Assembly (NCBI GenBank): GCA_025062075.1
Contig: JANXBA010000022.1
Coordinates: 1,125-65,124, forward strand
Length of the DNA stretch: 64,000 bases
Source: Aquificaceae bacterium
Lineage (GTDB): Bacteria; Aquificota; Aquificia; Aquificales; Aquificaceae
Direction: 5' to 3'
Each line of letters starts with the position of its first letter. Positions within the stretch are counted from its first letter, which is position 1. The notes under the pieces were generated by a model. That model was not told the origin of the DNA. It made no database searches and saw nothing but the letters and a program-made list of their open reading frames with translations. The translations under genes and the position numbers were made by a program. Below, one piece after another: positions 9,475 through 18,887 of this stretch.

Positions 9475-9501
9475 CGCCTAATAGTATAAAATACTACCAC
9501 C

Positions 9502-9822
9502 ATGAGCTTTCTTGTCTTTGTGAGTATGACGCCCATAGGAAAGGGAGAGAGCGTGAGCGAGTATGTGGCCCGGGTGGTGGACATAGTGGACAGGTCTGGT
9601 CTTGACTACATGCTTACTCCCATGGGCACTATCGTGGAAGGTGAAAGCTGGGAACAGGTCATGTCGGTGCTAAAGGAAGGTTTCGAAAGCCTGAAAAAAG
9701 ACTGCCCGCGCGTATCTATAACCATGAAGATAGACTACCGGGAAGGTAAAGAGGGCAGGTTGAAAGCCAAGGTGCGCTCTGTGGAAGAGAAGATAGGCAG
9801 GGAGATAAAGAAGGCAACTTGA
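9502..9822 (+). CDS. MTH1187/YqgV-family thiamine-binding protein
   Basis: S.TP.G...SVS.YVA......SGL.Y.LTPMGT..EG. Confidence 0.88.
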   Translation: MSFLVFVSMTPIGKGESVSEYVARVVDIVDRSGLDYMLTPMGTIVEGESWEQVMSVLKEGFESLKKDCPRVSITMKIDYREGKEGRLKAKVRSVEEKIGREIKKAT

Positions 9823-9837
9823 CCTTATAATTTTGTA

Positions 9838-10074
9838 ATGCAAGGAAGGCCTCTTTTGCCCAACGAACTGGAACTCTTTAAAAAGGCCTTGGGCATAGGA
9901 CCTCACAACTTTTGGAGGTGGTCCTCAAGGACCAGAAACTTTAAGCTCCTCACCGACGGTAAAGTGGTTTGGGTGGAAGGCACGGAAGGGAACATTGGCA
10001 AGACCATGCCCGTACACGAGGCTACTTGGTGGAGCTGGGACTTCCTGAGGGAAAAGCTCAGAGAGCTAAGCTAA
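9838..10074 (+). CDS. small hypothetical protein (78 aa)
   Basis: Fills the gap, host-like codons, TATAAT (9826-9831) 6 nt before ATG. Confidence 0.7.
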   Translation: MQGRPLLPNELELFKKALGIGPHNFWRWSSRTRNFKLLTDGKVVWVEGTEGNIGKTMPVHEATWWSWDFLREKLRELS

Positions 10075-10086
10075 AATAGAGAACCC

Positions 10087-11016
10087 ATGGGAAAGCTGGC
10101 TTACATCTTCCCCGGACAGGGCTCTCAGTACGTGGGCATGGGCTACGACTTTTACAGGGAGTTTCCTGAGTCCGCAGACGTCTTCCACAGCGCAGAGACT
10201 GCCCTGAGATACAGCTTAACCGACATAATCTTCAGAGGACCCGAAGAGGAGCTCAACAAGACGGTAAACACCCAGCCTGCCCTTCTTACCACGAGTTTGG
10301 CCATATACGCAGTGCTGAGGAAAAAAGGCTTCCCTCAGCCAGACTTCGTAGCGGGACACTCTTTGGGTGAATACACCGCTCTGACGGTGGCTGGGGGGGT
10401 GGAGCTCTTTGAGGCGGTCAGGCTTGCCCACCTTCGGGGCAAGTACATGCAGGAAGCAGTGCCTGAAGGCAAGGGAAGCATGCTGGCGGTCCTCAAGCTA
10501 CCTCCAGAAAAGGTGGAAGAGGCCTGCAGGCTTGCCCAGAGCGTGGGCGTGGTAGAACCTGCCAACTACAACTCTCCCGAGCAGACGGTCATATCGGGAG
10601 AAAAGTCTGCGGTAGACAGAGCGGGCGAGATAGCCAAGGAGATGGGCGGTAGGGTAGTTCCCCTCAAGGTCTCCGTCCCTTCCCACTGCTCTCTCATGAA
10701 GCCCGCCGCAGACGCCTTCCGCCTCAAGCTGGCCCAGACGCCCATAAAAAACCTCTCCCTCCCCTTGGTGCAAAACTACACTGCCAGCCCACAAACCATG
10801 GCACACAGCATCAGGGAGAACCTGTACTGCCAGATATTCTCTCCTGTCAGATGGTTTCAGAGTCTTCTTTACATGGTGGAGCAGGGCGTGGACACCTTCG
10901 TGGAGGTAGGTCCCAAAAATGTGCTCTCCAAGCTGGTGCAACAGACCGCACCGCAGGTAAGGGTCTTCAACGTGGAAAAGGTGGAAGATGTGGAAAAAGT
11001 CCTAAGAGCCCTTTAA
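10087..11016 (+). CDS. fabD: malonyl-CoA-ACP transacylase
   Basis: [32 protein letters not shown]. Confidence 0.97.
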   Translation: MGKLAYIFPGQGSQYVGMGYDFYREFPESADVFHSAETALRYSLTDIIFRGPEEELNKTVNTQPALLTTSLAIYAVLRKKGFPQPDFVAGHSLGEYTALTVAGGVELFEAVRLAHLRGKYMQEAVPEGKGSMLAVLKLPPEKVEEACRLAQSVGVVEPANYNSPEQTVISGEKSAVDRAGEIAKEMGGRVVPLKVSVPSHCSLMKPAADAFRLKLAQTPIKNLSLPLVQNYTASPQTMAHSIRENLYCQIFSPVRWFQSLLYMVEQGVDTFVEVGPKNVLSKLVQQTAPQVRVFNVEKVEDVEKVLRAL

Positions 11017-11026
11017 AATAGACCCT

Positions 11027-11407
11027 ATGGAGAAAAAATACGGAGAAGTAGCCATAGAAGAGGCAAAGCTCGAACCCTGGGAAAACCCTACTCCGGAGAG
11101 AAACTACATGATTGAGATAACCTTTCCCGAGTTTTCCTGTCTGTGTCCGCGCTCGGGCTATCCTGACTATGCCACCATAAGGATAAGATACATACCCGAC
11201 AAGCACATAGTGGAGCTCAGGTCTCTTAAGCTGTGGCTCAACAAGTTCAGGAATCAGTACGTCTCACACGAGGAAGCCACCAACCGCATATACTCAGCCC
11301 TGCAGGCACTTCTCAAACCACGCTTTCTTGAAGTGGTGGGCGACTTCAACCCTCGGGGCAACGTGCATACGGTCGTAAGGGTCAGGAGCGACGAGCACTA
11401 CGGATAG
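11027..11407 (+). CDS. queF: preQ0 reductase (7-cyano-7-deazaguanine reductase)
   Basis: [28 protein letters not shown]. Confidence 0.95.
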   Translation: MEKKYGEVAIEEAKLEPWENPTPERNYMIEITFPEFSCLCPRSGYPDYATIRIRYIPDKHIVELRSLKLWLNKFRNQYVSHEEATNRIYSALQALLKPRFLEVVGDFNPRGNVHTVVRVRSDEHYG

Positions 11408-13307
11408 ACTCTTTTAACAGCCTAAGGGCCCGGTAGCCTTCCCTCACCTCGTCGGGGTACACTCTGTAGGGCGAGTACTTGTGTCTCTGGTAAAGGGACA
11501 GGATGAACTTGACCAGCGGGTAGTAGGTCCTGCCCTTGCAGGCGGAGAGCACCTCCTCCGGCAAGGCTCCTCTTTCCACAACTCCTTCCCTGCTGAGCAG
11601 GTCCACTGTGCGCAGGTAGAGGTTTTCTGGCGTCTTTCTTAGCTTGAAGAGAGAGTAGACAAGTAAATACAGGGTTACGCCCACCAGAAGCCATTGGAAG
11701 ACCTGCAAAAATCGCTTCTGTAGGTTCTTCACCTTCAGCTCCGCTCTTATGCCCTTTCCTATGCTCTTGAAGAGCTTTACTTGCTTTTCAGAGGAGTAGC
11801 CCACTATGTAAGAGTGCCAGAAGGTCACAAAGGCATCCCTCAGAAGGGCAAAGGTGGATATCTTCCTGACTGCCGGAGCCACGTAGGGAGGTGTTGTGTC
11901 CACGCGCACCCACCTGCCCTCCACATAGGCCTCCACCCAAACGTGAGCCATGGAGTTGGTCACTATGTGATAACCGCCGTAGGCGTTCCAGAGAGCTCCT
12001 CTGTAGCCTCCCACCAGTCTGGCGGGGACGCCCATGAGCCTGAGAATGAGGGCGGTGGCACTGGCGTAGTACTCGCAGTTGCCCTTCTTGGAGACGAAGA
12101 GAAAGTAGTCCAGAGGGTCTCCCTCGTACTTTTCCAGCTTGAGGCTGTACTGGTATCCCTCTGAGAAGTGAGCTACTACTCGCTCTACTTTTTCCATCTC
12201 GGTGCGGGCACCTTGGGACAGTTTGTTGGCCAACTTTACTATGTTAGAGCTTACGTCCTTAGGGACCTGCAGGTAGGGTTCTGGGTCTTCCACCAAAGGG
12301 AGCTTGTCAGAGGAGCTCACCACCACCCTCACCGCCCTGTCTATGTTCCTGTCCAGCCTGAGAGTGTTGCCCGTCGCCATGTAGGCCTGGGCCTTTATGC
12401 CCTCCACCCCCAGGACGCTGTAGGGGTAGTCCAAGGCGGGAAGGATTCTTTCAAAGGTGGGCGTCACCACCAGCGTGTAAGTGATGCTCCCCTCCCCCTT
12501 CGGGAGAGGGATTCTTTCCTCCTTTACCTTCAGCCATGTGCCACGGGAGTAGGTGTCAAAGACCACCGCCCTCCAGTAGGGTTCTCTTAAGGTGCTTGGC
12601 AGGCCGTAGGCTCTTAACACCACCGTGTTGTCCTCCTGTATCTCTCCCACCTTGCCCAGCACCACGCTCTCCGCAAGCCCCGTCTTCAAGTCACCGCCTC
12701 TTGAAATCAGGTCAAAAAGAGGGGTCTGCGTTCTCGGCAGGAAGAAGAAAAAGGGCAGTGTAAAAAGGGCAACAGAGAAGAAAAGAGCAAGACTGGTCAG
12801 GGCGTACCTCCTGTAGTCCTCCCAGCTGAGGCTTTTGCTACCAACCTTTCTGTAGAGGTTAAGGAAGACCAAGGCGGTAACTCCCAAAAGGCTGTGCAGG
12901 ACAAAGACCAGAAGAAAGCTCAGGCTGAGGTTGTAGGCGGTGGATATGGAAACTGCAAAGAGGCTCAGCAGCAGGAGCTGGTAAAGGTCTCTGGGCTTTT
13001 TGTCTTCCAAGCTTTTTATGGCTAGAAGCAGGAGCACCACGTGGGAGAAGGGTCTAAGAAGGTCCTCAAGGCTCAGAAAGTAGAGAAAGTAAAAAGTAAG
13101 ACTAACGCCCAGAAAGTTGAGAAAGAACCTCCGCACAGGGTGCACGCCCTTGAAGTCCAAGTAGATGCCTATCAGATAAACCAGAAGAAACAGAAAAAAG
13201 TATGTGGTCTCGGCCACGTTCCAGAGAGACAGCACTCCCACAAGAGAGGTCAGGTGGACCAGCAGGTAGGTCACAGCTCTGGCGCTATAAGGATATCTGG
13301 CGAGCAT
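11382..13307 (-). CDS. membrane transglutaminase-like protein (TgpA/DUF3488 family)
   Basis: N-terminal TMs, [30 protein letters not shown]...DTTP (C-H-D triad). Confidence 0.9.
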   Translation of the reverse strand: MLARYPYSARAVTYLLVHLTSLVGVLSLWNVAETTYFFLFLLVYLIGIYLDFKGVHPVRRFFLNFLGVSLTFYFLYFLSLEDLLRPFSHVVLLLLAIKSLEDKKPRDLYQLLLLSLFAVSISTAYNLSLSFLLVFVLHSLLGVTALVFLNLYRKVGSKSLSWEDYRRYALTSLALFFSVALFTLPFFFFLPRTQTPLFDLISRGGDLKTGLAESVVLGKVGEIQEDNTVVLRAYGLPSTLREPYWRAVVFDTYSRGTWLKVKEERIPLPKGEGSITYTLVVTPTFERILPALDYPYSVLGVEGIKAQAYMATGNTLRLDRNIDRAVRVVVSSSDKLPLVEDPEPYLQVPKDVSSNIVKLANKLSQGARTEMEKVERVVAHFSEGYQYSLKLEKYEGDPLDYFLFVSKKGNCEYYASATALILRLMGVPARLVGGYRGALWNAYGGYHIVTNSMAHVWVEAYVEGRWVRVDTTPPYVAPAVRKISTFALLRDAFVTFWHSYIVGYSSEKQVKLFKSIGKGIRAELKVKNLQKRFLQVFQWLLVGVTLYLLVYSLFKLRKTPENLYLRTVDLLSREGVVERGALPEEVLSACKGRTYYPLVKFILSLYQRHKYSPYRVYPDEVREGYRALRLLKESIRSARRS

Positions 13308-14394
13308 ACTCTCTTATCTCCTCCTTGTACCTTGGGTGGGCGTAAACCCTGTGAAACTCTATGTCCCTGAGGGAGGAGACCAGCCTGGAGACCTCCATCA
13401 GACTTAGGAACCTACGACCGTCCCAGAGAAGGATGTCCTCGTCCAGCACGCGCTTGCTAACGCTGTCAAACCTCAGGTGCTCCTTCTGGTACTTTTCCAA
13501 AAGTCTTGCCCTTACGAACTCAAAGACCTCTCGGGAAGAGGTGGAAAAGACCATTCTGTAGTGCTCTCGCCCCAGCACCCTTCTGACCAGCTCTTCCTTG
13601 TGTCTTTCCAACATCAGGGAGAGAACCTTGGCGTCGGTGCTTCGGTGGAAGCTCTCGGGGTCCAAAAGACCCTGCTCCATAAAGGACTGCACCAGCTCTT
13701 TCAGGTGCACATTTAGGATGCGCACCACCTTGTGGAAGTAGACCTGCGAGTACATAAAGTACCTGCCCACGATAAAGCTCTCCAAAGACCTTACGGCGCT
13801 GGTGTGGACGCACTTTTTGCCCTCCACCATGAAGATGTTCTCCAAAAGCCGGGTGTAGTCAAAAAAGCCGTAGGAGGTCCCGCAGAAGTAGGCGTCCCGT
13901 CGCAGGTAGTCCATCCTGTCCGCACCAAACTCCCCGGTAATTACCTTGGGAAAGCTCCCCTCCTTTCCAAAGGCAAGGCTTACCAGGAGCTCTATCTCCT
14001 CCTGCGTAAAACCGCAGTCCACCAACAGGTCCGCTATGCCCTCTTCAAAGAGCACCCTCTCCCCTATGAGCTCGTGACTTCTGTCTCCCAGGAGTATCTC
14101 CGTGGTGTGGGAAAAGGGCGTGTGCCCTATGTCGTGAAGAAGCCCCGCAAGACGGACGATTCTGTAGAGCCTCTCATCCCGAAGTCCCAAACGGTCAAAA
14201 ATCCTGCCCGCCAGCTCCATGGTGCCCAGGGAGTGTTCAAACCTGCTGTGCTGTGCGGAGGGGAAGACCATGTAGGCTATACCCAGCTGGCTTATGAACC
14301 TAAGCCTTTGGAAAGGGAAGCTGTTTATGACCTTGGTCTCGCAGGGGTCAGCCTTTATGAGTTGATGGATAGGGTCCGAGAACTCCTTGAACAT
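13285..14394 (-). CDS. HD-domain phosphohydrolase (SAMHD1/YwfO-like dNTPase family)
   Basis: DPIH, FQRLR.I.QLG, HSRFEHSLG, LLHDIGH.PFSH, ADRMDYL.RD. Confidence 0.92.
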   Translation of the reverse strand: MFKEFSDPIHQLIKADPCETKVINSFPFQRLRFISQLGIAYMVFPSAQHSRFEHSLGTMELAGRIFDRLGLRDERLYRIVRLAGLLHDIGHTPFSHTTEILLGDRSHELIGERVLFEEGIADLLVDCGFTQEEIELLVSLAFGKEGSFPKVITGEFGADRMDYLRRDAYFCGTSYGFFDYTRLLENIFMVEGKKCVHTSAVRSLESFIVGRYFMYSQVYFHKVVRILNVHLKELVQSFMEQGLLDPESFHRSTDAKVLSLMLERHKEELVRRVLGREHYRMVFSTSSREVFEFVRARLLEKYQKEHLRFDSVSKRVLDEDILLWDGRRFLSLMEVSRLVSSLRDIEFHRVYAHPRYKEEIREYARQISL

Positions 14395-15239
14395 GAAACT
14401 CCCTCAAAGGAGTAGCTGGTACTTTCCTCGTCCTCCTGCCACAGTCTACGGAGGAGACTTTTTACCTTTTTCAGAAATCTCCTGAGCCAGCCCTCTCCTC
14501 TTATCTTCTGGTTGATGAACTCCACCTTAAGAGCCTCAGGGCTCTTGCCCTTTTCCACTCTCCCCAAGAGGTACTCCACGTCCCTTCTCAGCTTGAGAAT
14601 GTTGATGCCGTAATAAACAGGGCTTAGCTTTTCCAGCTGGCGCAGTGCACTCCAGAGCTCCTGGGAAGGCCTTTGCTCCTCCGGTGCGTACACGTTGGAC
14701 AGTCTTCGCAAAGCTCCAAAGTAGAGGCTCTCTGCGGGATACCTCTCGGCGCAAAGCTCGCAGTAGCCCTTGAGCTCCTCGTAAAGACCCTCGTTGAACA
14801 TAAGCGTGGCAACGGTTAGCGCATCTTGGGCACTTATGTGCCTTCTGTAGACCATCACCCTGCTCAGGATGTTCCAAAGTTTTACCGCTTTGTAGCTTAT
14901 GCTTTCAAGGAGCGGAAGACACTCCCTACGCAGGCTTATAAGGTAGAGCTCCCCTTCTCCCACCTTGTAGATGTCCTTGCCCGTGTAGACATTGCCGTAG
15001 AGGTCAGACACCACAAAAAGGTTCATCTCCACCAAAACATCCTTCCAATGATGGCGGGCGTTTTTGAAGTTTCTGTAGGCACAGGAGAGAAACCTGTCCA
15101 GCTCCACATGAGAGCTCCCCTCCCTCCTTACCAGCTGAGAGTAGCACAGCAGGTAGAAGAGCACCTCCTTCTTGGAAGGGTCGTCTAAAACCTCTAACAC
15201 CAGACTGCTAAAAGGGTTTCTCTCCCTTATCTGGAGCAT
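14355..15239 (-). CDS. hypothetical protein with DUF309-like C-terminal region
   Basis: LMFNEGLYEE and LSPVYYGINILKL resemble DUF309; the HExxE motif is absent. Confidence 0.6.
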   Translation of the reverse strand: MLQIRERNPFSSLVLEVLDDPSKKEVLFYLLCYSQLVRREGSSHVELDRFLSCAYRNFKNARHHWKDVLVEMNLFVVSDLYGNVYTGKDIYKVGEGELYLISLRRECLPLLESISYKAVKLWNILSRVMVYRRHISAQDALTVATLMFNEGLYEELKGYCELCAERYPAESLYFGALRRLSNVYAPEEQRPSQELWSALRQLEKLSPVYYGINILKLRRDVEYLLGRVEKGKSPEALKVEFINQKIRGEGWLRRFLKKVKSLLRRLWQEDEESTSYSFEGVSCSRSSRTLSINS

Positions 15240-15582
15240 ACATATAATATAGGCCAGCCACTGGCCCAGGGGTTGGGCTATAACTTATGCCAGATGAACG
15301 GGGAAAAAGCAAATCTTCTGGCGGAGAAGGTAGACCCTTTTTGTACAGCGAGAGGGTTAGTCTCCCAGCTCAGCTGGTACAGGCATGTAAAAGATACTGT
15401 CAGAGCTATCTGAGACTCTTCGTATCAAAGGTGGTCCCAAGAGCGCATTACAAGGCGCCGTTAGGTCGTCCTAAGCCTGTAGAAGGCTTCTACCTGTGAT
15501 ATCTTTGACCTTTCGATAAACCGGCCCCATAGAAGGCTTTTTACGACAGGCTTCTAAGAGCTCTGAATTTCTCACCCAACGT

Positions 15583-15651
15583 ATGCCCAACCCCGTCAAC
15601 GAGTATGGCAGGAGCAAGCTTGTCGGAGAGCTTATATTAAGTGAATTATGA
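15583..15651 (+). pseudogene. fragment of dTDP-4-dehydrorhamnose reductase (RmlD/RfbD-like)
   Basis: Translates MPNPVNEYGRSKLVGELILSEL*, matching the RmlD PNP.N.YG.SKL.GE motif (YxxxK); no rest of gene. Confidence 0.65.
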
Positions 15652-15684
15652 ATAGAGTTTTAGTGGCTCGGGTCGGGTCCTGCT

Positions 15685-16152
15685 GGTCTGCTGGAGAGGG
15701 ATGCCAGTCTTAGGCTTTCACTTTATGTGAAAAACCCTGGAAAGAGAGAGCAGGCTTAGGGTTTTGGTGAGGCAGTTCACGAGCTCTTTTGTGCTTATTT
15801 TGATGGTGGCGGGGTTTGTGGCGCTTTTTCTTGGGAACCCTACGGCGTGCTGCTGGTAAAGGGTTTGCTCGGCTTCTATCAGTTTTGAAGAAGGGAAAGG
15901 AAAAAGAAATACAAGCCTCAGAGCTCGTCCCCGGCGAGGACATAAGGCTTATTGAAAGCGCTGGACTGCTCGTGGACGAATCCATGCTGACGGGGAGTCC
16001 GTGCCAAGGAAGCGGAGGGAGTGCTACGTAAGGACACTCCTCTTCATGCAAGGACCAATTGTCTCCACATGGGGACTGTGGTTGTCCGCAGGAGGGCCAT
16101 GGGTCTTGTCTTCGCAACGTGGTGGCATACAGGGCTTTTGATGGCCATTTAG
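15685..16152 (+). pseudogene. decayed P-type (type II, Ca2+-like) cation-transporting ATPase, N-terminal part
   Basis: Across frameshifts: GLLERDA.LRL.LY.KN / RQFTSSFVLILMVAG / LLGFYQ / GKEKEIQASELVPGED / VDESMLTGES / RTNCLHMGTVVV...GLVFAT. Confidence 0.85.
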
Positions 16153-16218
16153 CCATGCCCCTTCTGACCTTCTTGGGTATGGAGCTCAGAAAGTGGTTGT
16201 TTACGCTATAATTGCTCC

Positions 16219-17421
16219 ATGGCGAAGAGGGTCGTTCTTGCCTACTCGGGAGGTCTTGACACCTCCGTCATAGTTCGTTGGCTCACCGAGAGAGGCTACG
16301 AAGTCATAACCTACACCGCAGACGTAGGTCAAGGGGAGGAGCTCTCCGAGATACCTCAGAAGGCCAGAGTCTCGGGCGCAGTGGAGGCAGTTGTGGAGGA
16401 CCTAAAGGAGGAGTTTGCCCGCAACTACTGTCTTCCTACTCTGAGAGCTCTTGCCCTCTACGAGGGTAAGTATCCTCTTACCGCAAGCCTTTCAAGACCT
16501 CTGATAGCCAAGAGACTGGTAGAGCAGGCTCAGAGGGTGGGCGCTGACTTTGTGGCCCACGGCTCTACGGGAAAGGGGAACGACCAGGTGAGGTTTGAGC
16601 TCTCCGTATGGGCACTAAACCCTAACATAGAGGTGTTGGCACCTGTAAGGGAGTGGGAGTTCCGCTCTAGAGAGGAGGAGGTGGAGTACGCGCTCAGGCA
16701 CAGCATTCCTGTTAAGGCAACCAAGGAAAAACCCTACTCGGTGGACAAAAACCTCTGGGGCGTGTCCGTGGAGTGCGGACCCTTAGAAGACCTGTGGGAG
16801 GAGCCTCCGGAGGACGCCTTCGAGTGGACAAAAGACCCGCGCCACGCACCGGAAGAGCCCGCTTATGTGGAGGTGGAGTTTGAAGAGGGCACGCCCGTAG
16901 CACTAAACGGGAAAAGATACGCACTGCTTAGCCAACTCCTTCTGGACCTGAACGCTTTGGCGGGAGCTCACGGGGTGGGCAGGATAGACATGGTGGAGAA
17001 CAGGCTGGTAGGCATAAAGAGCAGGGAAGTTTACGAGGCACCGGGTGCTACCGTCCTCTACGAGGCCTACAGAGACCTTCTCTCTCTCGTGCTTGACCGC
17101 TTTAGCTTTCACTACTTTTTGAGCCACATTTCCCACCAGTATGCAAAGGTGGTCTACGAGGGGCTCTGGTTTTCACCTCTTAGGGAGGCCCTTGATGCCT
17201 TTACCTCAAGCTTGGCCCGGTACGTGAACGGAAAAGTAAGGCTTAAGCTCTACAAGGGTCACCTGCAGGTGGTGGGCAGGAGCTCACCCAACAGCCTCTA
17301 CGTGGAAGACCTAGCCACCTACTCTGAAAGGGACGCTTTTGACCACAGGGCTGGTGCCAGCTTTACCAAGGTCTTTGGCCTCCCCCTCAAGGTGCTGGGA
17401 AGGGTGAGAGAAAAATGCTAA
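16219..17421 (+). CDS. argG: argininosuccinate synthase
   Basis: LAYSGGLDTS, HGSTGKGNDQVRF, GRIDMVENRLVGIKSREVYEAP. Confidence 0.98.
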   Translation: MAKRVVLAYSGGLDTSVIVRWLTERGYEVITYTADVGQGEELSEIPQKARVSGAVEAVVEDLKEEFARNYCLPTLRALALYEGKYPLTASLSRPLIAKRLVEQAQRVGADFVAHGSTGKGNDQVRFELSVWALNPNIEVLAPVREWEFRSREEEVEYALRHSIPVKATKEKPYSVDKNLWGVSVECGPLEDLWEEPPEDAFEWTKDPRHAPEEPAYVEVEFEEGTPVALNGKRYALLSQLLLDLNALAGAHGVGRIDMVENRLVGIKSREVYEAPGATVLYEAYRDLLSLVLDRFSFHYFLSHISHQYAKVVYEGLWFSPLREALDAFTSSLARYVNGKVRLKLYKGHLQVVGRSSPNSLYVEDLATYSERDAFDHRAGASFTKVFGLPLKVLGRVREKC

Positions 17422-18071
17422 TCGCAGTTCCTCTCTCGGACAAAGACTTGGAAAAAAACCTGCGCCTGTGCAAGGAAAAGGGGGCGGACTTGGTGGAGCT
17501 CCGAGTTGACCTTTTTGAAAACAGAGACTCTCACTTTGTCCTGCGGTGCGTGGACATGGCCCATCAGCTCGGCCTTATGACCATACTCACCGTCAGGAGC
17601 GAGAAAGAAGGTGGTTCTCTGGTGGAAAACAGGGCGGAGGTTTTCAGAGTCTGCTCGCCCCACAGCGATTACACGGACATAGAGCTCTCCTCCCAAAGCC
17701 TCCTGCCAGAGGTGAAGGAGATAGTAAAAGGCTCGGGCAAAAAGCTCATAGTTTCATACCATCACTTTGAGCTGACGCCCCCAAACTGGATACTCAAGGA
17801 GGTCTTCAGAGAGGCAAAAAGGTGGGGTGCGGACGTGGTGAAGGTGGCGGTAAAGGCCAACTCCTACGAAGACACCGCAAGGCTTCTGTGCTTGGGAAAG
17901 GAGCAGGAGGGCGAGAAGATACTCGTAGCCATGGGAGAGTACGGGAAGGCCTCAAGGGTGGCGGGCTTTGTGTTTGGCTCTGTGATTACCTACGCCTACG
18001 TGGGTTCCGCGGTGGCACCGGGACAGCTCAGCCTGGAGGAGGCGTTAGCTCTGAGGAAGTTGCTCTTTTAA
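17415..18071 (+). CDS. aroD: type I 3-dehydroquinate dehydratase
   Basis: DLVELRVD, T.R...EGG, DIE, SYH.F..TP, VKVAV, AMG..G..SRV, APGQ. Confidence 0.93.
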   Translation: MLIAVPLSDKDLEKNLRLCKEKGADLVELRVDLFENRDSHFVLRCVDMAHQLGLMTILTVRSEKEGGSLVENRAEVFRVCSPHSDYTDIELSSQSLLPEVKEIVKGSGKKLIVSYHHFELTPPNWILKEVFREAKRWGADVVKVAVKANSYEDTARLLCLGKEQEGEKILVAMGEYGKASRVAGFVFGSVITYAYVGSAVAPGQLSLEEALALRKLLF

Positions 18072-18074
18072 GGT

Positions 18075-18800
18075 TTACAGATTTAGGTAGTTTCTAAGGG
18101 CCTTGGCACCTTCCCTGCTGGTCTTTAGAGTCTCGTTTATGTCCTTAAACACCACCACGTACTTGCTCTGCTCTACACTCTTGAGTTCCTTGACTTTGTT
18201 TAGGTTGACCAAATAGGACCTGTGGACTCTGAAGAAGTTGTAAGGTCTTAACTGCTCTTCCACCTCGTAGAGTTTTTTTCCTAAGGGGAGTAGACCGTCC
18301 TTCGTTCTCACGCTGACCTCTCCTATCTCTGCCTGCACGTAGTAAATCTCGTCAGGGCTTAGAAAAAGCACCTTGTTGCCTATACGGGCAGGGATGATAG
18401 GCCGTTCGCTCTTTATGAAGTTTATAACCTGAGGTGCGTTGCTCTTTTTTTCAAACACTTTGTCCAATGCTCTTTTCAGGTCTTCCTCCGCAAAGGGCTT
18501 GAGCAGGTAGTCCACCGCAGAGAGCCTGAAGGCTTCAAGGGCATACTCGCCGTAGGCAGTGGTAAAAATCATGTAAGGTTTGAGCCCTAGGGAGAGCACT
18601 TCCTTGGCAAGGTCTACTCCGCTACCGTCGGGAAGCCTGATGTCCAAAAATATCAGGTCTGGCTTTAGCTCCTGTACGGACTCAACTGCCTCTTGGTAGG
18701 TGCCCACCTCTCCTACTATTTCCACCCTCCCGTCCTGCAGGAGCATTCTCCTGAGTCTTTGCACTGCAAAGGGCTCGTCTTCCACTATGAGAGTTCTCAT
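18075..18800 (-). CDS. LytTR-family response regulator
   Basis: REC (VEDE, FLDI.LP, FTTAY..YALEAF, DYLLKP) + LytTR (FFRVHRSYLVNL). Confidence 0.95.
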   Translation of the reverse strand: MRTLIVEDEPFAVQRLRRMLLQDGRVEIVGEVGTYQEAVESVQELKPDLIFLDIRLPDGSGVDLAKEVLSLGLKPYMIFTTAYGEYALEAFRLSAVDYLLKPFAEEDLKRALDKVFEKKSNAPQVINFIKSERPIIPARIGNKVLFLSPDEIYYVQAEIGEVSVRTKDGLLPLGKKLYEVEEQLRPYNFFRVHRSYLVNLNKVKELKSVEQSKYVVVFKDINETLKTSREGAKALRNYLNL

Positions 18801-18867
18801 GAGATTATGGTCCTCTTTATCCTTTTCTGTTTGTGGCGGTTTTTTTACGCTTCATTAGGGAGAAAGG

Positions 18868-18883
18868 CTCCCCCGAAGGGGAG
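18868..18883 (-). terminator. hairpin downstream of TonB receptor gene
   Basis: Minus strand CTCCCC-TTCG-GGGGAG followed by CCTTTCT, 5 nt after the stop codon. Confidence 0.55.
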
Positions 18884-18887
18884 GAGT

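Noticed and set aside
13732-14415. Long antisense ORFs (also 26637-27764, 29161-29838, 42383-43174, 46603-47313, 48193-49017, 59951-60616)
   Set aside because: Shadows of well-supported genes on the opposite strand; no motifs
15287-15499. 70-aa ORF in the 15.3-kb element
   Set aside because: No SD, no recognisable motif; the region looks structural or decayed
15300-15580. Possible IS5-like transposase C-terminal relic on the minus strand (RSKISQVEAFYRLRTT*RRLVMR)
   Set aside because: Resemblance too weak and stop-interrupted to support without a profile search
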